Positions 46,867-53,594 of a stretch of DNA of 64,000 bases are shown piece after piece. The notes under the pieces were generated by a model. It was not told the origin of the DNA, ran no database searches, and worked only from the letters and a program-made list of their open reading frames with translations. Made by a program: the position numbers and the translations under genes. The DNA is from a virus, in IMG/VR virus record IMGVR_UViG_3300045988_054218. One strand, 5' to 3'. Each line of letters starts with the position of its first letter. Position 1 is the first letter of the stretch.

Positions 46867-46983
46867 ATGACGCTAGAAGTGCTGAAAGCGCTGGCTGTCA
46901 TTCTGGAGTTCTGCATGAACCAAGATTCTTGCAAGAACTGCCCAATGGCCCAGTTCTGTTAGAAGATGCCATGCGAGTGGTAA
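46867..46983 (+). CDS. Cys-rich micro-protein (38 aa, 1 TAG), AT-rich class
   Basis: ATG follows AAAGGAG. MTLEVLKALAVILEFCMNQDSCKNCPMAQFC-TAG-KMPCEW. TAA at 46981-46983. Confidence 0.5.
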
Positions 46984-47008
46984 TCTAATTCCTTTCGGCA
47001 AAATGCCG

Positions 47009-47033
47009 CGGCTCCCGTCTGGAGTCGAATTTT
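47009..47033 (+). terminator. GC hairpin followed by AATTTT (family member with one G-U pair)
   Basis: CGGCTCC-CGTCT-GGAGTCG followed by AATTTT. Confidence 0.4.
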
Positions 47034-47068
47034 CGCACAAGCTAGGTCACTAGAAATAAAAAAGCAAA

Positions 47069-47299
47069 ATGGCTGAATCTACTTACTCTAGAAAATTGGA
47101 CGCAATGGGAAGAATTATGATTCCTGTTCGGCTTCGTGATCAGCTCGGACTTATTACAGGCCGAGAGTATTCATTCGAGGTTCGTTAGATCGACGGCCGC
47201 AATTACATTTGTATTGATTGTGGTTTGAATACTGAATTGGAAGAAGCTATGAAACTTGTCCAAAATGCTGGACTAAAAGTTGTTCAAAATGACGATTGA
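47069..47299 (+). CDS. AbrB/MazE/SpoVT-type DNA-binding protein (76 aa, 1 TAG), AT-rich class
   Basis: Every codon hand-counted. MAESTYSRKLDAMGRIMIPVRLRDQLGLITGREYSFEVR-TAG-IDGRNYICIDCG.... TAG at 47186-47188, TGA at 47297-47299. The swapped-hairpin motif R.lD..GRi.iP..lR is present. Confidence 0.65.
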
Positions 47300-47324
47300 C
47301 AAACCATGCTTTCTATGGTATACT
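47296..47324 (+). promoter_or_regulatory. Early promoter (TTGACA-17-TATACT, TGn)
   Basis: The -35 box overlaps the stop codon of the AbrB-like gene. Confidence 0.55.
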
Positions 47325-47355
47325 TAAACCATCAAAAGAAAGAAGGTTTGATGCT

Positions 47356-47492
47356 ATGTATGAGTTTGAAGTCTTGTTAAAGAATGGCGAGCACACTTTC
47401 ATTTGGGTTATAGCTTTGATGACGCCAAGCGCCGCAATCCAAAAACGGCGAACGAAATCGAAACCATTTTATTCCAAGAATACATTGATTAA
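47356..47492 (+). pseudogene. Small gene with an apparent 1-nt frameshift at a GGG run (47405-47407)
   Basis: The frame from ATG 47356 gives MYEFEVLLKNGEHTFIW. The protein-like continuation GYSFDDAKRRNPKTANEIETILFQEYID, with TAA at 47490-47492 just before a terminator, lies in the -1 frame (one base back: TGG then GGT sharing G 47406; equivalent to a missing G). The uninterrupted ORF-track reading (47296-47649) runs through the terminator. Confidence 0.45.
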
Positions 47493-47500
47493 AGAAATGA

Positions 47501-47526
47501 CCTCCCGAAATCCGGGAGGCTTTTCT
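47501..47526 (+). terminator. Rho-independent terminator
   Basis: CCTCCCG-AAATC-CGGGAGG followed by CTTTTCT. Confidence 0.7.
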
Positions 47527-47536
47527 AATGCCCCGG

Positions 47537-47568
47537 CTGGCCGTGCGCGAACGCCGCGGCCAGTTTTT
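47537..47568 (+). terminator. GC-rich hairpin followed by TTTTT (family member 2)
   Basis: CTGGCCG-13 nt (itself partly paired)-CGGCCAG followed by TTTTT. Confidence 0.55.
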
Positions 47569-47645
47569 CGTGTCAATAGGCAATTTGCACAATTTTCCAT
47601 ACGCATTTTTGGTGAATTTGACGAAAGAAATTTTCCCAAAATCCC

Positions 47646-47674
47646 TTGACTTCCTATGTAGGCTGTGGTATACT
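47646..47674 (+). promoter_or_regulatory. Early promoter (TTGACT-17-TATACT, TGn)
   Basis: TTGACTTCCTATGTAGGCTGTGGTATACT. Confidence 0.55.
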
Positions 47675-47702
47675 TGTATCATCAAAAGAGAGGAGCGAAC
47701 AC

Positions 47703-47843
47703 ATGATGGTTGCAATCATTATTCTAACCGCCCTGTTGTCTTTCCAATTTGTTTCTGCTATTGAGCGGGATTGCATGGGGCTGGCGCTTATGTTTGGCGT
47801 TGAGATTATTCTTTTCGCTTATATCGCAAAAAACTTCATTTAA
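47703..47843 (+). CDS. Small two-helix membrane peptide (46 aa)
   Basis: ATG follows GAGAGGAG. MMVAIIILTALLSFQFVSAIERDCMGLALMFGVEIILFAYIAKNFI. Confidence 0.55.
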   Translation: MMVAIIILTALLSFQFVSAIERDCMGLALMFGVEIILFAYIAKNFI

Positions 47844-47847
47844 GGGG

Positions 47848-47876
47848 TTGACAAACTCCCCTAAGTATGCTATACT
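47848..47876 (+). promoter_or_regulatory. Early promoter whose -35 box sits in the loop of a hairpin (TTGACA-17-TATACT)
   Basis: AGGGG-TTGACAAAC-TCCCCT, then TAAGTATGCTATACT. Confidence 0.5.
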
Positions 47877-47927
47877 AACAGTGTAATCAAGGTTGACAAC
47901 CTAAACAGTCAGAAAGGAAGTTATATT

Positions 47928-48379
47928 ATGAGAGTTACTAAGACTATCCGGGAGTTTATCGAAAAGGAAGTTTCTAACCGTCTGGACGCCAAGTATACGG
48001 CGGAGAAAGAGGAAGCCGATTTCCAGACCAAGGTGGAACAAGAAGTGTGGGAAGTGGCTATGGATGCCGCACAAAAGCCTATGACGGGTATATGGCAAGT
48101 GTCTTTACTCGGTATGATTTCCTTGAGGACTTGCATACCGACAAGGAACGCCGTTGTGTCGAACTCCGCAAGTCTATGGCGTTCGGTATCAAAGATAGGC
48201 TGAACCGCTCCAGCGTTCTTAACTGGCGTAGACGCAAGGACGATGAAGCAAGGTCTATCGTCAATGACATTATCGTGGAACTGGAACTCGGCGGCGATAA
48301 GGCAACCCTTATGGCTATGCTGGATAGGGTCGGGGAAGTCTTACACTTCCCCGACAAGAAAAAGAAAGGATTTGATAAA
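47928..48379 (+). CDS. Early protein with an apparent -1 frameshift near 48072-48079 (CAAAAGC); may be fused to the downstream AbrB domain
   Basis: ORF-track 47928-48203 (frame A) has a protein-like N-terminus. ORF-track 48047-48778 (frame B) carries the protein-like continuation AYDGYMASVFTRYDFLEDL...IIVELELGGDKATLMAMLDRV. No stop separates frame B from the AbrB gene. Confidence 0.4.
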
Positions 48380-48778
48380 ATGAAAGCTACTGGTATCGTT
48401 CGCCGCATTGATGACCTCGGTCGCGTGGTCATCCCCAAGGAAATCCGTCGTACTCTTGCTATTCGAGAGGGTGACCCGCTGGAAATCTATACCACAGACG
48501 GCGGCGTTCTTTTCCGCAAGTACACACAGCCCACAGAAAACAAGGCGGCTATCGCCCAGAAGTGGCTGGAGGACAATGCACTCCCCATGCGTGCCACATC
48601 CGCTAAGTTCAGCATCGAGAACAAAACCACCACTTGCGAGGTGGTCAGCAATAACAGCCGTCGGACTGGAACGGCAACCGCTACGGCAGAAGATATTTTT
48701 ATCCCCGCTGTCGGTATGGTTATCGCCTTTTGCCGAGCCTCTGGCAGAACTGTTCCGCAGGAACTGCTTGAGGACTAA
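48380..48778 (+). CDS. AbrB/SpoVT-type DNA-binding protein with a C-terminal extension (132 aa), GC-richer class
   Basis: ATG follows AGAAAGGATTTGATAAA, the SD pattern shared by several early genes. MKATGIVRRIDDLGRVVIPKEIRRTLAIREGDPLEIYT. Confidence 0.7.
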   Translation: MKATGIVRRIDDLGRVVIPKEIRRTLAIREGDPLEIYTTDGGVLFRKYTQPTENKAAIAQKWLEDNALPMRATSAKFSIENKTTTCEVVSNNSRRTGTATATAEDIFIPAVGMVIAFCRASGRTVPQELLED

Positions 48779-48796
48779 AAAAATAGCATAAAGGGC

Positions 48797-48825
48797 TTGA
48801 CAAAACAAGCCCTTTATGCTATAAT
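48797..48825 (+). promoter_or_regulatory. Early promoter embedded in a hairpin (TTGACA-17-TATAAT)
   Basis: AAAGGGCTTGACAAAACAAGCCCTTT places the -35 box in the stem/loop. Confidence 0.55.
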
Positions 48826-48854
48826 AAAACCATCAAATGAAAGGGGAAAATAAA

Positions 48855-49055
48855 ATGTTTATTCTTTTGGTTCTTCTGGCTCTCGTAGTTTCATTCCTTA
48901 TCACAGCGGGCCTTGTTTGGCTTCTTTGCTGGCTTCTTCCCGCCATTGGAATTGTAGCCATTGGCACTTTCACTATCGTGTTTTCGTGGAAGTTGGCTTT
49001 GGCTATTTGGCTTATTATTGCACTTTTGCGCGGTTTGTTCGTTAGCAAAAGCTGA
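48855..49055 (+). CDS. Small integral membrane protein (66 aa)
   Basis: ATG follows AAAGGGGAAAATAAA. Almost entirely hydrophobic, with two or three TM helices. Confidence 0.6.
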   Translation: MFILLVLLALVVSFLITAGLVWLLCWLLPAIGIVAIGTFTIVFSWKLALAIWLIIALLRGLFVSKS

Positions 49056-49070
49056 AAGGAGGTTATAAAA

Positions 49071-49316
49071 ATGGATTTGAACACTGATTTTAGTTACATG
49101 ACCGATGAAGAATTAGACGAACTCATTTCCCGGATAAAAGAAGCAAAGGAACGGCGTTCAGAAAGCCGAAAAATCGACCTTTGGAATAATGTTCGGCGGG
49201 CGGTAAATAACTATATCATGGATTTCGGCATGATTGAACTTTTTACCGAGGACCACAATTTTACATTGGATGCTGATGCTTTTAGCATCCCCGGTGAAAT
49301 CAATCCATTAGACTAA
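49071..49316 (+). CDS. Acidic hypothetical protein (81 aa)
   Basis: Complete ORF following AAAGGAGG. Confidence 0.65.
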   Translation: MDLNTDFSYMTDEELDELISRIKEAKERRSESRKIDLWNNVRRAVNNYIMDFGMIELFTEDHNFTLDADAFSIPGEINPLD

Positions 49317-49320
49317 ATAA

Positions 49321-49349
49321 AAAACTACCCAATTTTGGGTAGTTTTTTT
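49321..49349 (+). terminator. Rho-independent terminator
   Basis: ACTACCC-AATTTT-GGGTAGT followed by TTTTTT. Confidence 0.7.
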
Positions 49350-49363
49350 GTTTATTTTGCCTA

Positions 49364-49392
49364 TTGACAATCCTGAAGCTTTGTAGTATAAT
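49364..49392 (+). promoter_or_regulatory. Promoter (ATTGCCTATTGACA type, 17-bp spacer, TATAAT) firing straight into a GC hairpin
   Basis: TTGACAATCCTGAAGCTTTGTAGTATAAT. Confidence 0.55.
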
Positions 49393-49430
49393 TGGGCGGC
49401 GCGTTGTGGGCCACCACGCGCCGAGTTTAC
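49393..49430 (+). ncRNA. Candidate ~35-nt hairpin RNA or promoter-proximal terminator (GC-hairpin family member 3)
   Basis: Begins 1 nt after the -10 box. CGGCGCGT-loop-ACGCGCCG followed by AGTTTA. Confidence 0.3.
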
Positions 49431-49483
49431 GCAAGAGTATTATTACACAAATTTTTCGTTGCATTTTTGTGCAAATTGCCAGC

Positions 49484-49512
49484 TTGACTTTCTCCCGAAA
49501 CGGTGATACAAT
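49484..49512 (+). promoter_or_regulatory. Early promoter (TTGACT-17-TACAAT, TGn) with TCCCGAAA in its spacer
   Basis: Preceded by TTGTGCAA at 49467-49474. Confidence 0.55.
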
Positions 49513-49542
49513 GAGTACAACAAAAGGAAAGAGGTAAGCACC

Positions 49543-49824
49543 ATGAAAAAGAAAACTTACTGCTATGAGAACCGCACTTTCGAGGTCGAAGTCTATAATG
49601 AATGCTGTGGTTGTCTGCTAACTATCTATGTAAATGAAGTTATCCGCCCTAATCGCAAGTTCTTTGGTCGCACTAAGCAGTTCTATACAGACTATGTTAT
49701 TCTTGACCAGTATTCTTCTATTGATGAAGCTGTTAAATCAGTTATCGCAGAGGGGCTGAAAGTAGAAGAACAGACTAAGCAAGTTAATAAGAAGTGGGAA
49801 GAATGGAGCAAAGAAACTAATTAA
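49543..49824 (+). CDS. Hypothetical protein (93 aa)
   Basis: Complete ORF following GGAAAGAGG. Confidence 0.65.
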   Translation: MKKKTYCYENRTFEVEVYNECCGCLLTIYVNEVIRPNRKFFGRTKQFYTDYVILDQYSSIDEAVKSVIAEGLKVEEQTKQVNKKWEEWSKETN

Positions 49825-49833
49825 AATTGCCTA

Positions 49834-49862
49834 TTGACATTTTGGCAATTTTATATTATAAT
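49834..49862 (+). promoter_or_regulatory. Promoter (ATTGCCTATTGACA type, 17-bp spacer, TATAAT)
   Basis: TTGACATTTTGGCAATTTTATATTATAAT. Confidence 0.55.
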
Positions 49863-49888
49863 AATTATAGAAAGTGAGGGAGAAAGAA

Positions 49889-50350
49889 ATGAACCTGTTG
49901 ATTATCTTTATTTTGCTTTCGATTGTAAATGTTATCTTCTCCACAATCAAGAGCATTGTAACTATCAAATCCGGCCCGTGGGTCGCAAGCATTGTTTCCG
50001 CTCTATACTATGGCTATTACAACATTGTATTGATTTACACTGTTGCAGATTTTCCCCTGTGGCAGAAAGTTGTAGTAACTGCGGGCTGTAACCTCGTCGG
50101 CGTTTTCGTCGTGAAGTATGGAGAAGTTAAAGCGAGGAAAGATAAGCTGTGGAAAGTGGAATTAACAGTTCCCACCAAGTACAAAGACGCCATTGATGAA
50201 TTGGGTGTTCCCCATTCTTACATTGAGTTAAGCGATAAGCACACCCTTTTCAATTTCTACTGCGCTACACAAACCGAAAGCGCAAAAGTCAAAGCGATTG
50301 CCAATCAGTACGAAGCAAAATATTTTGTTGCGGAAAGCAAAAATCTTTAA
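49889..50350 (+). CDS. UPF0316/DUF2179-like membrane protein (153 aa)
   Basis: ATG follows GAGGGAGAAAGAA. An N-terminal 3-TM domain plus a soluble C-terminal domain resemble the Bacillus UPF0316 family. Confidence 0.5.
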   Translation: MNLLIIFILLSIVNVIFSTIKSIVTIKSGPWVASIVSALYYGYYNIVLIYTVADFPLWQKVVVTAGCNLVGVFVVKYGEVKARKDKLWKVELTVPTKYKDAIDELGVPHSYIELSDKHTLFNFYCATQTESAKVKAIANQYEAKYFVAESKNL

Positions 50351-50358
50351 GAAAAGGG

Positions 50359-50387
50359 TTGACAAATAACAAGGTTTGTGGTATACT
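50359..50387 (+). promoter_or_regulatory. Early promoter (TTGACA-17-TATACT, TGn)
   Basis: TTGACAAATAACAAGGTTTGTGGTATACT. Confidence 0.55.
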
Positions 50388-50418
50388 TTAGGTACACTAA
50401 AAGAGAGGACTGAATAGA

Positions 50419-50667
50419 ATGAAAGTTAAAGTTGTTATTACAAAAGAGCAAGAAATGGAAATTGAAAATTCCGCATCTCTCGCTGTACTCAATAAGTGGT
50501 GGAAAACCCATCGTGCAACAGAGTGGAAAGATTGCCCAAACGAGTTGGTTGAAAAGGCAATCAAAGAAGTTGAAGAAGCCACTGGATTGCCTTTTGGGTG
50601 TGATGATGTCCCTGAAACTATCAGCGCAGTTCTTACTGGAAATAATGATGCCATTTTAGAATGGTAA
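50419..50667 (+). CDS. Hypothetical protein (82 aa)
   Basis: Complete ORF following AGAGAGGA. Confidence 0.65.
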   Translation: MKVKVVITKEQEMEIENSASLAVLNKWWKTHRATEWKDCPNELVEKAIKEVEEATGLPFGCDDVPETISAVLTGNNDAILEW

Positions 50668-50688
50668 ATCAGAATTTCTAAAAAGGTA

Positions 50689-50717
50689 TTGACAAGATGG
50701 AAGTCTTGTGATACAAT
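50689..50717 (+). promoter_or_regulatory. Early promoter, first of a tandem pair (TTGACA-17-TACAAT)
   Basis: Its short leader contains the hairpin AGAAGCGTTGTACGCTTGCTT. Confidence 0.5.
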
Positions 50718-50793
50718 ATAATTGTTAAGAGGAGAGAAGCGTTGTACGCTTGCTTGTTGAGATAAGACTTCTCACAAAAATGTATAAAACCTC

Positions 50794-50822
50794 TTGACAA
50801 ACCCCTAAAACTATGATACAAT
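50794..50822 (+). promoter_or_regulatory. Early promoter, second of a tandem pair (TTGACA-17-TACAAT)
   Basis: Has the AAAACCTCTTGACAA context shared with 53279, 53394 and 53516. Confidence 0.55.
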
Positions 50823-50871
50823 AAAATTGTTCCAAGGGAACAAAAAAAAACAAGGAAAGAGGTACTTAATT

Positions 50872-51132
50872 ATGATGACCGAAAAGAACAAGATGGAATG
50901 CGATGACCTGCTGAAAACCCATGAGATGACGCAGAAGCTCCTCGATGCCAATACCGCGGACGCCGCTATGCTGGCAACGCTTGTCCAGATGGCCCGCGGA
51001 GGGAAAGACGAGATGGCGATGTATATGCTTCACAATCTCAAGCCCTACGCCATTGAAATCGCAGAGGGCGGCAAGGAAAAGGACGAGCCGGAAATCGACA
51101 TTGATGCCCTGCTCAGCGCCCTGTTCGGCTAA
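50872..51132 (+). CDS. Hypothetical protein (86 aa)
   Basis: ATG follows GGAAAGAGG. Part of ORF-track 50827-51132. Confidence 0.65.
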   Translation: MMTEKNKMECDDLLKTHEMTQKLLDANTADAAMLATLVQMARGGKDEMAMYMLHNLKPYAIEIAEGGKEKDEPEIDIDALLSALFG

Positions 51133-51140
51133 ACAACAGA

Positions 51141-51171
51141 AACTCGGTGGAGAAATCCACCGAGTTTTTTT
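51141..51171 (+). terminator. Rho-independent terminator
   Basis: AACTCGGTGG-AGAAAT-CCACCGAGTT followed by TTTTT. Confidence 0.75.
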
Positions 51172-51198
51172 GTGCAATTTTCGCAAATCCTTCTTGGG

Positions 51199-51232
51199 CG
51201 GTCCGCGCACACTCGGCGCGGACCGAGTTTTT
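51199..51232 (+). terminator. GC-rich hairpin followed by AGTTTTT (family member 4)
   Basis: CGGTCCGCGC-7 nt-GCGCGGACCG. Confidence 0.55.
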
Positions 51233-51285
51233 GTCAATATACAAGTTGCACAAATTTCTCGATCAATCTTTGTGCAATCTGACGA

Positions 51286-51314
51286 TTGACAGCTTTCCCG
51301 AAAAGTGCTATACT
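51286..51314 (+). promoter_or_regulatory. Early promoter, tandem 1 of 2 (TTGACA-17-TATACT) with TCCCGAAA in its spacer
   Basis: Preceded by TTGCACAA at 51246-51253 and TTGTGCAA at 51270-51277. Confidence 0.55.
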
Positions 51315-51383
51315 GTTTACAGAAGTTAAGAGAAACGCCCTTTGAACCTTGAAAAAAAGATTTGAAAAAATCGAAAAAAACTC

Positions 51384-51412
51384 TTGACAGCAAGCGCAAA
51401 GTGTGCTATACT
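51384..51412 (+). promoter_or_regulatory. Early promoter, tandem 2 of 2 (TTGACA-17-TATACT)
   Basis: Phased A-tracts upstream (GATTTGAAAAAATCGAAAAAAACTC). Confidence 0.55.
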
Positions 51413-51470
51413 AAGTACAGAAGTTGAGGGAACGATGGTAAACCTCAATCAATAGAAAGGATTTGACAAG

Positions 51471-52256
51471 ATGGAAAAAATTGACAAGCGCAAACACTAT
51501 GTTTTGGTGGTTGATACCGAAACCGCCAATACTATCCAAGACGGCGATAGTCTGGATATGTCCAATGTCCTTGTATATGACTGCGGTTGGGCGGTTGTGG
51601 ACACCAAGGGCAATATCTACGAAACCGCAAGTTATGTCAACCGTGACATTTTCTGCGAGGAACGTGACCTTATGCGGACGGCTTACTATAACTGGAAAAT
51701 CCCCCGCTATGTCGAGGAACTGCGGGCAGGTAGCCGAAAGATGGCAAGCACCTATGAAATCCGCAAGGCTATGCTGGACACTATCGAGAAGTGGGGCATT
51801 AAAGAGGTAGCCGCCCATAACGCCCGCTTTGACTATAACGCTTTGAATATAACACAGCGTTACATCACCGCAAGCCGTTTCCGGTACTGGTTCCCATTCG
51901 ACAGCGTGGAGATCTGGGACACCATGAAAATGGCACAAGATGTTATCTGCAAAATGCCCACCTATAAGGCGTTCTGTCAAGAGAACGGCTATGTGCTGAA
52001 AAATGGTGCTTGCCGCAAGACCGCCGAAATCCTGTGGCGCTTTATCTCCGGCAATAACGAGTTTGAAGAAAGCCACACCGGGCTGGAAGATGTGTTGATT
52101 GAAGCGGAGATTATGTTCTATTGCTTCCGACAGCATAAGCCCATGCGGAAAGCCCTCTTTGAGAACAAGAGAGAATATCCGCCTATGACAGAGTTTCAGC
52201 GAGAGTTTTCCGCAAGTCTGCGAGAAATGCCGGTAATTAGGTTTGGGGAGATTTAA
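51471..52256 (+). CDS. DEDDh 3'-5' exonuclease (DnaQ/RNase T-like)
   Basis: 261 aa. ExoI VVDTETAN, ExoII EVAAHNARFDYNAL, ExoIII ESHTGLEDVLIEAEI. Confidence 0.8.
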   Translation: MEKIDKRKHYVLVVDTETANTIQDGDSLDMSNVLVYDCGWAVVDTKGNIYETASYVNRDIFCEERDLMRTAYYNWKIPRYVEELRAGSRKMASTYEIRKAMLDTIEKWGIKEVAAHNARFDYNALNITQRYITASRFRYWFPFDSVEIWDTMKMAQDVICKMPTYKAFCQENGYVLKNGACRKTAEILWRFISGNNEFEESHTGLEDVLIEAEIMFYCFRQHKPMRKALFENKREYPPMTEFQREFSASLREMPVIRFGEI

Positions 52257-52279
52257 TCTCCCCAGCCTTGAAAAAGGGG

Positions 52280-52308
52280 TTGACAAATGAAAAGCAATCT
52301 GCTATAAT
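52280..52308 (+). promoter_or_regulatory. Early promoter (TTGACA-17-TATAAT, TGn)
   Basis: TTGACAAATGAAAAGCAATCTGCTATAAT. Confidence 0.55.
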
Positions 52309-52337
52309 GAATATATCAAAAGAAAGGAAGCGATAAG

Positions 52338-52790
52338 ATGAAAATGATTTGCTTCGATATGGACGGCACGATTGCTGATCTGTACGCCGTTCCTAACTGG
52401 TTAAATAAACTGCGGGCAGAGGACGCAAGCCCCTATGCAGAAGCCGCTCCTATGTGGGATATGAAAGCTCTGCGAGAAGTCCTCTTGAAGCTGATTGATA
52501 AGGGATATGAAATCCGTATTATCAGTTGGTTGAGCAAGGACAGCACCGAAGAATATAAAACCGCCGTCCGCAAGGCAAAAAGAGAGTGGCTTGAGAAGTA
52601 TAACTTCCCCGCTGATAAATGCCACTTTATCGCCTATGGTAGAACTAAGGCTGACTGTATTCGCCGCGTTGCAGACGCTCCCGCAGTTCTGATTGACGAT
52701 AACAAAAAGGTGCGGGACGGGTGGCATTTGGGTGAGTCAATCGACCCCACAAAGGTAAATCTGCTTGAAGTCCTTTCCGCTCTTGATTGA
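52338..52790 (+). CDS. HAD-superfamily phosphatase, 5'(3')-deoxyribonucleotidase-like
   Basis: 150 aa. DxDxT motif FDMDGTIAD at the N-terminus and a ...VLIDDN... distal acidic motif. Confidence 0.7.
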   Translation: MKMICFDMDGTIADLYAVPNWLNKLRAEDASPYAEAAPMWDMKALREVLLKLIDKGYEIRIISWLSKDSTEEYKTAVRKAKREWLEKYNFPADKCHFIAYGRTKADCIRRVADAPAVLIDDNKKVRDGWHLGESIDPTKVNLLEVLSALD

Positions 52791-52815
52791 GCGGAAAGGC
52801 AGAAAGGGAAAAAGA

Positions 52816-52998
52816 ATGAAAAAGACCGTATGGTTTGAATTTATGAACGCCGACAGCAAAGCCGCCGCGATTGAAGTTATCAAGCGCATGGGGTGGGATA
52901 TTGACGCCGAACATTTGACAGAGGACGGCGGACATTCGGTCACATTCCCAGACAAGGACGAAAATCTGTTTGAATTTTTGGATATGTGCTGGACCTAA
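52816..52998 (+). CDS. Small hypothetical protein (60 aa)
   Basis: ATG follows AAGGGAAAAAGA. Part of ORF-track 52765-52998. Confidence 0.55.
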   Translation: MKKTVWFEFMNADSKAAAIEVIKRMGWDIDAEHLTEDGGHSVTFPDKDENLFEFLDMCWT

Positions 52999-53021
52999 GA
53001 GGGGCGTTGCCCCTCTTTTTT
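52998..53021 (+). terminator. Rho-independent terminator
   Basis: AGAGGGGC-GTT-GCCCCTCT followed by TTTTT. Confidence 0.7.
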
Positions 53022-53048
53022 CGTCAAAATGCACAATGCCCTCTTCGA

Positions 53049-53081
53049 CGGCCCGCTGACGCACGCAGCGGGCCGAATTTT
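53049..53081 (+). terminator. GC-rich hairpin followed by AATTTT (family member 5)
   Basis: CGGCCCGCTG-7 nt-CAGCGGGCCG. Confidence 0.55.
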
Positions 53082-53179
53082 CATTATACACCACCGCCAG
53101 CAAAAAGTCAATCGGCAAACTGCACAAAAAATCATGCTTCGGATCTCCCGAAATTGTGCAACTTTTCAGCAAAAAGTTC

Positions 53180-53208
53180 TTGACTTCCGGCGCTGGTGGT
53201 GGTATACT
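53180..53208 (+). promoter_or_regulatory. Tandem promoter 1 of 4 (TTGACT-17-TATACT)
   Basis: Followed by the conserved initial transcribed sequence GTTTACAGAAGTTAAGAGAGGGA. Confidence 0.55.
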
Positions 53209-53278
53209 GTTTACAGAAGTTAAGAGAGGGACGCCGAAAGGCTTCCAAAAAGATTTTGAAAAAAATCGAAAAAACCTC

Positions 53279-53307
53279 TTGACAAACTCCGCAAGGCATG
53301 ATATAAT
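53279..53307 (+). promoter_or_regulatory. Tandem promoter 2 of 4 (TTGACA-17-TATAAT)
   Basis: Phased A-tracts upstream, then AGGTACAGAAGTTAAGGGAAAG downstream. Confidence 0.55.
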
Positions 53308-53393
53308 AGGTACAGAAGTTAAGGGAAAGCGGTTCTTGAAACGGCGAAAAGCGACAGTCAAGAAACTTCCAAAAAAAAACTTCAAAAAACCTC

Positions 53394-53422
53394 TTGACAA
53401 GCCAAGCGAAAAGTGCTATAAT
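53394..53422 (+). promoter_or_regulatory. Tandem promoter 3 of 4 (TTGACA-17-TATAAT)
   Basis: AAAAAACCTCTTGACAA context. The leader contains the hairpin TCAAACTT-CCG-AAAGTTTGA. Confidence 0.55.
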
Positions 53423-53515
53423 GAAAGCACAAGGAAACCCAATGCACCTTGAAAAGTCAACATCTTACTTCGGTATCAAACTTCCGAAAGTTTGAAAAGA
53501 AGTTCAAAAAACCTC

Positions 53516-53544
53516 TTGACAAACCGCCGAAAGTATGATATAAT
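53516..53544 (+). promoter_or_regulatory. Tandem promoter 4 of 4 (TTGACA-17-TATAAT)
   Basis: Lies 50 nt upstream of the ATG at 53595. Confidence 0.55.
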
Positions 53545-53594
53545 AAAATCACAAAAGGACAAGGACAGTCCTAAACACCAGAAAGGATTTGAAT

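Noticed and set aside
53156-53452. 98-aa Lys-rich ORF spanning the tandem promoter array.
   Set aside because: The open frame is a by-product of the A-tracts and repeated promoter units. It crosses three complete promoters, and its only start lacks a convincing SD.
53180-53594. Tandem ~100-120-bp repeat units as a CRISPR array or satellite repeat.
   Set aside because: The conserved parts are -35/-10 promoter elements and A-tracts, not 25-40-nt direct repeats separated by unique spacers. The units differ in length, and no cas genes are present.
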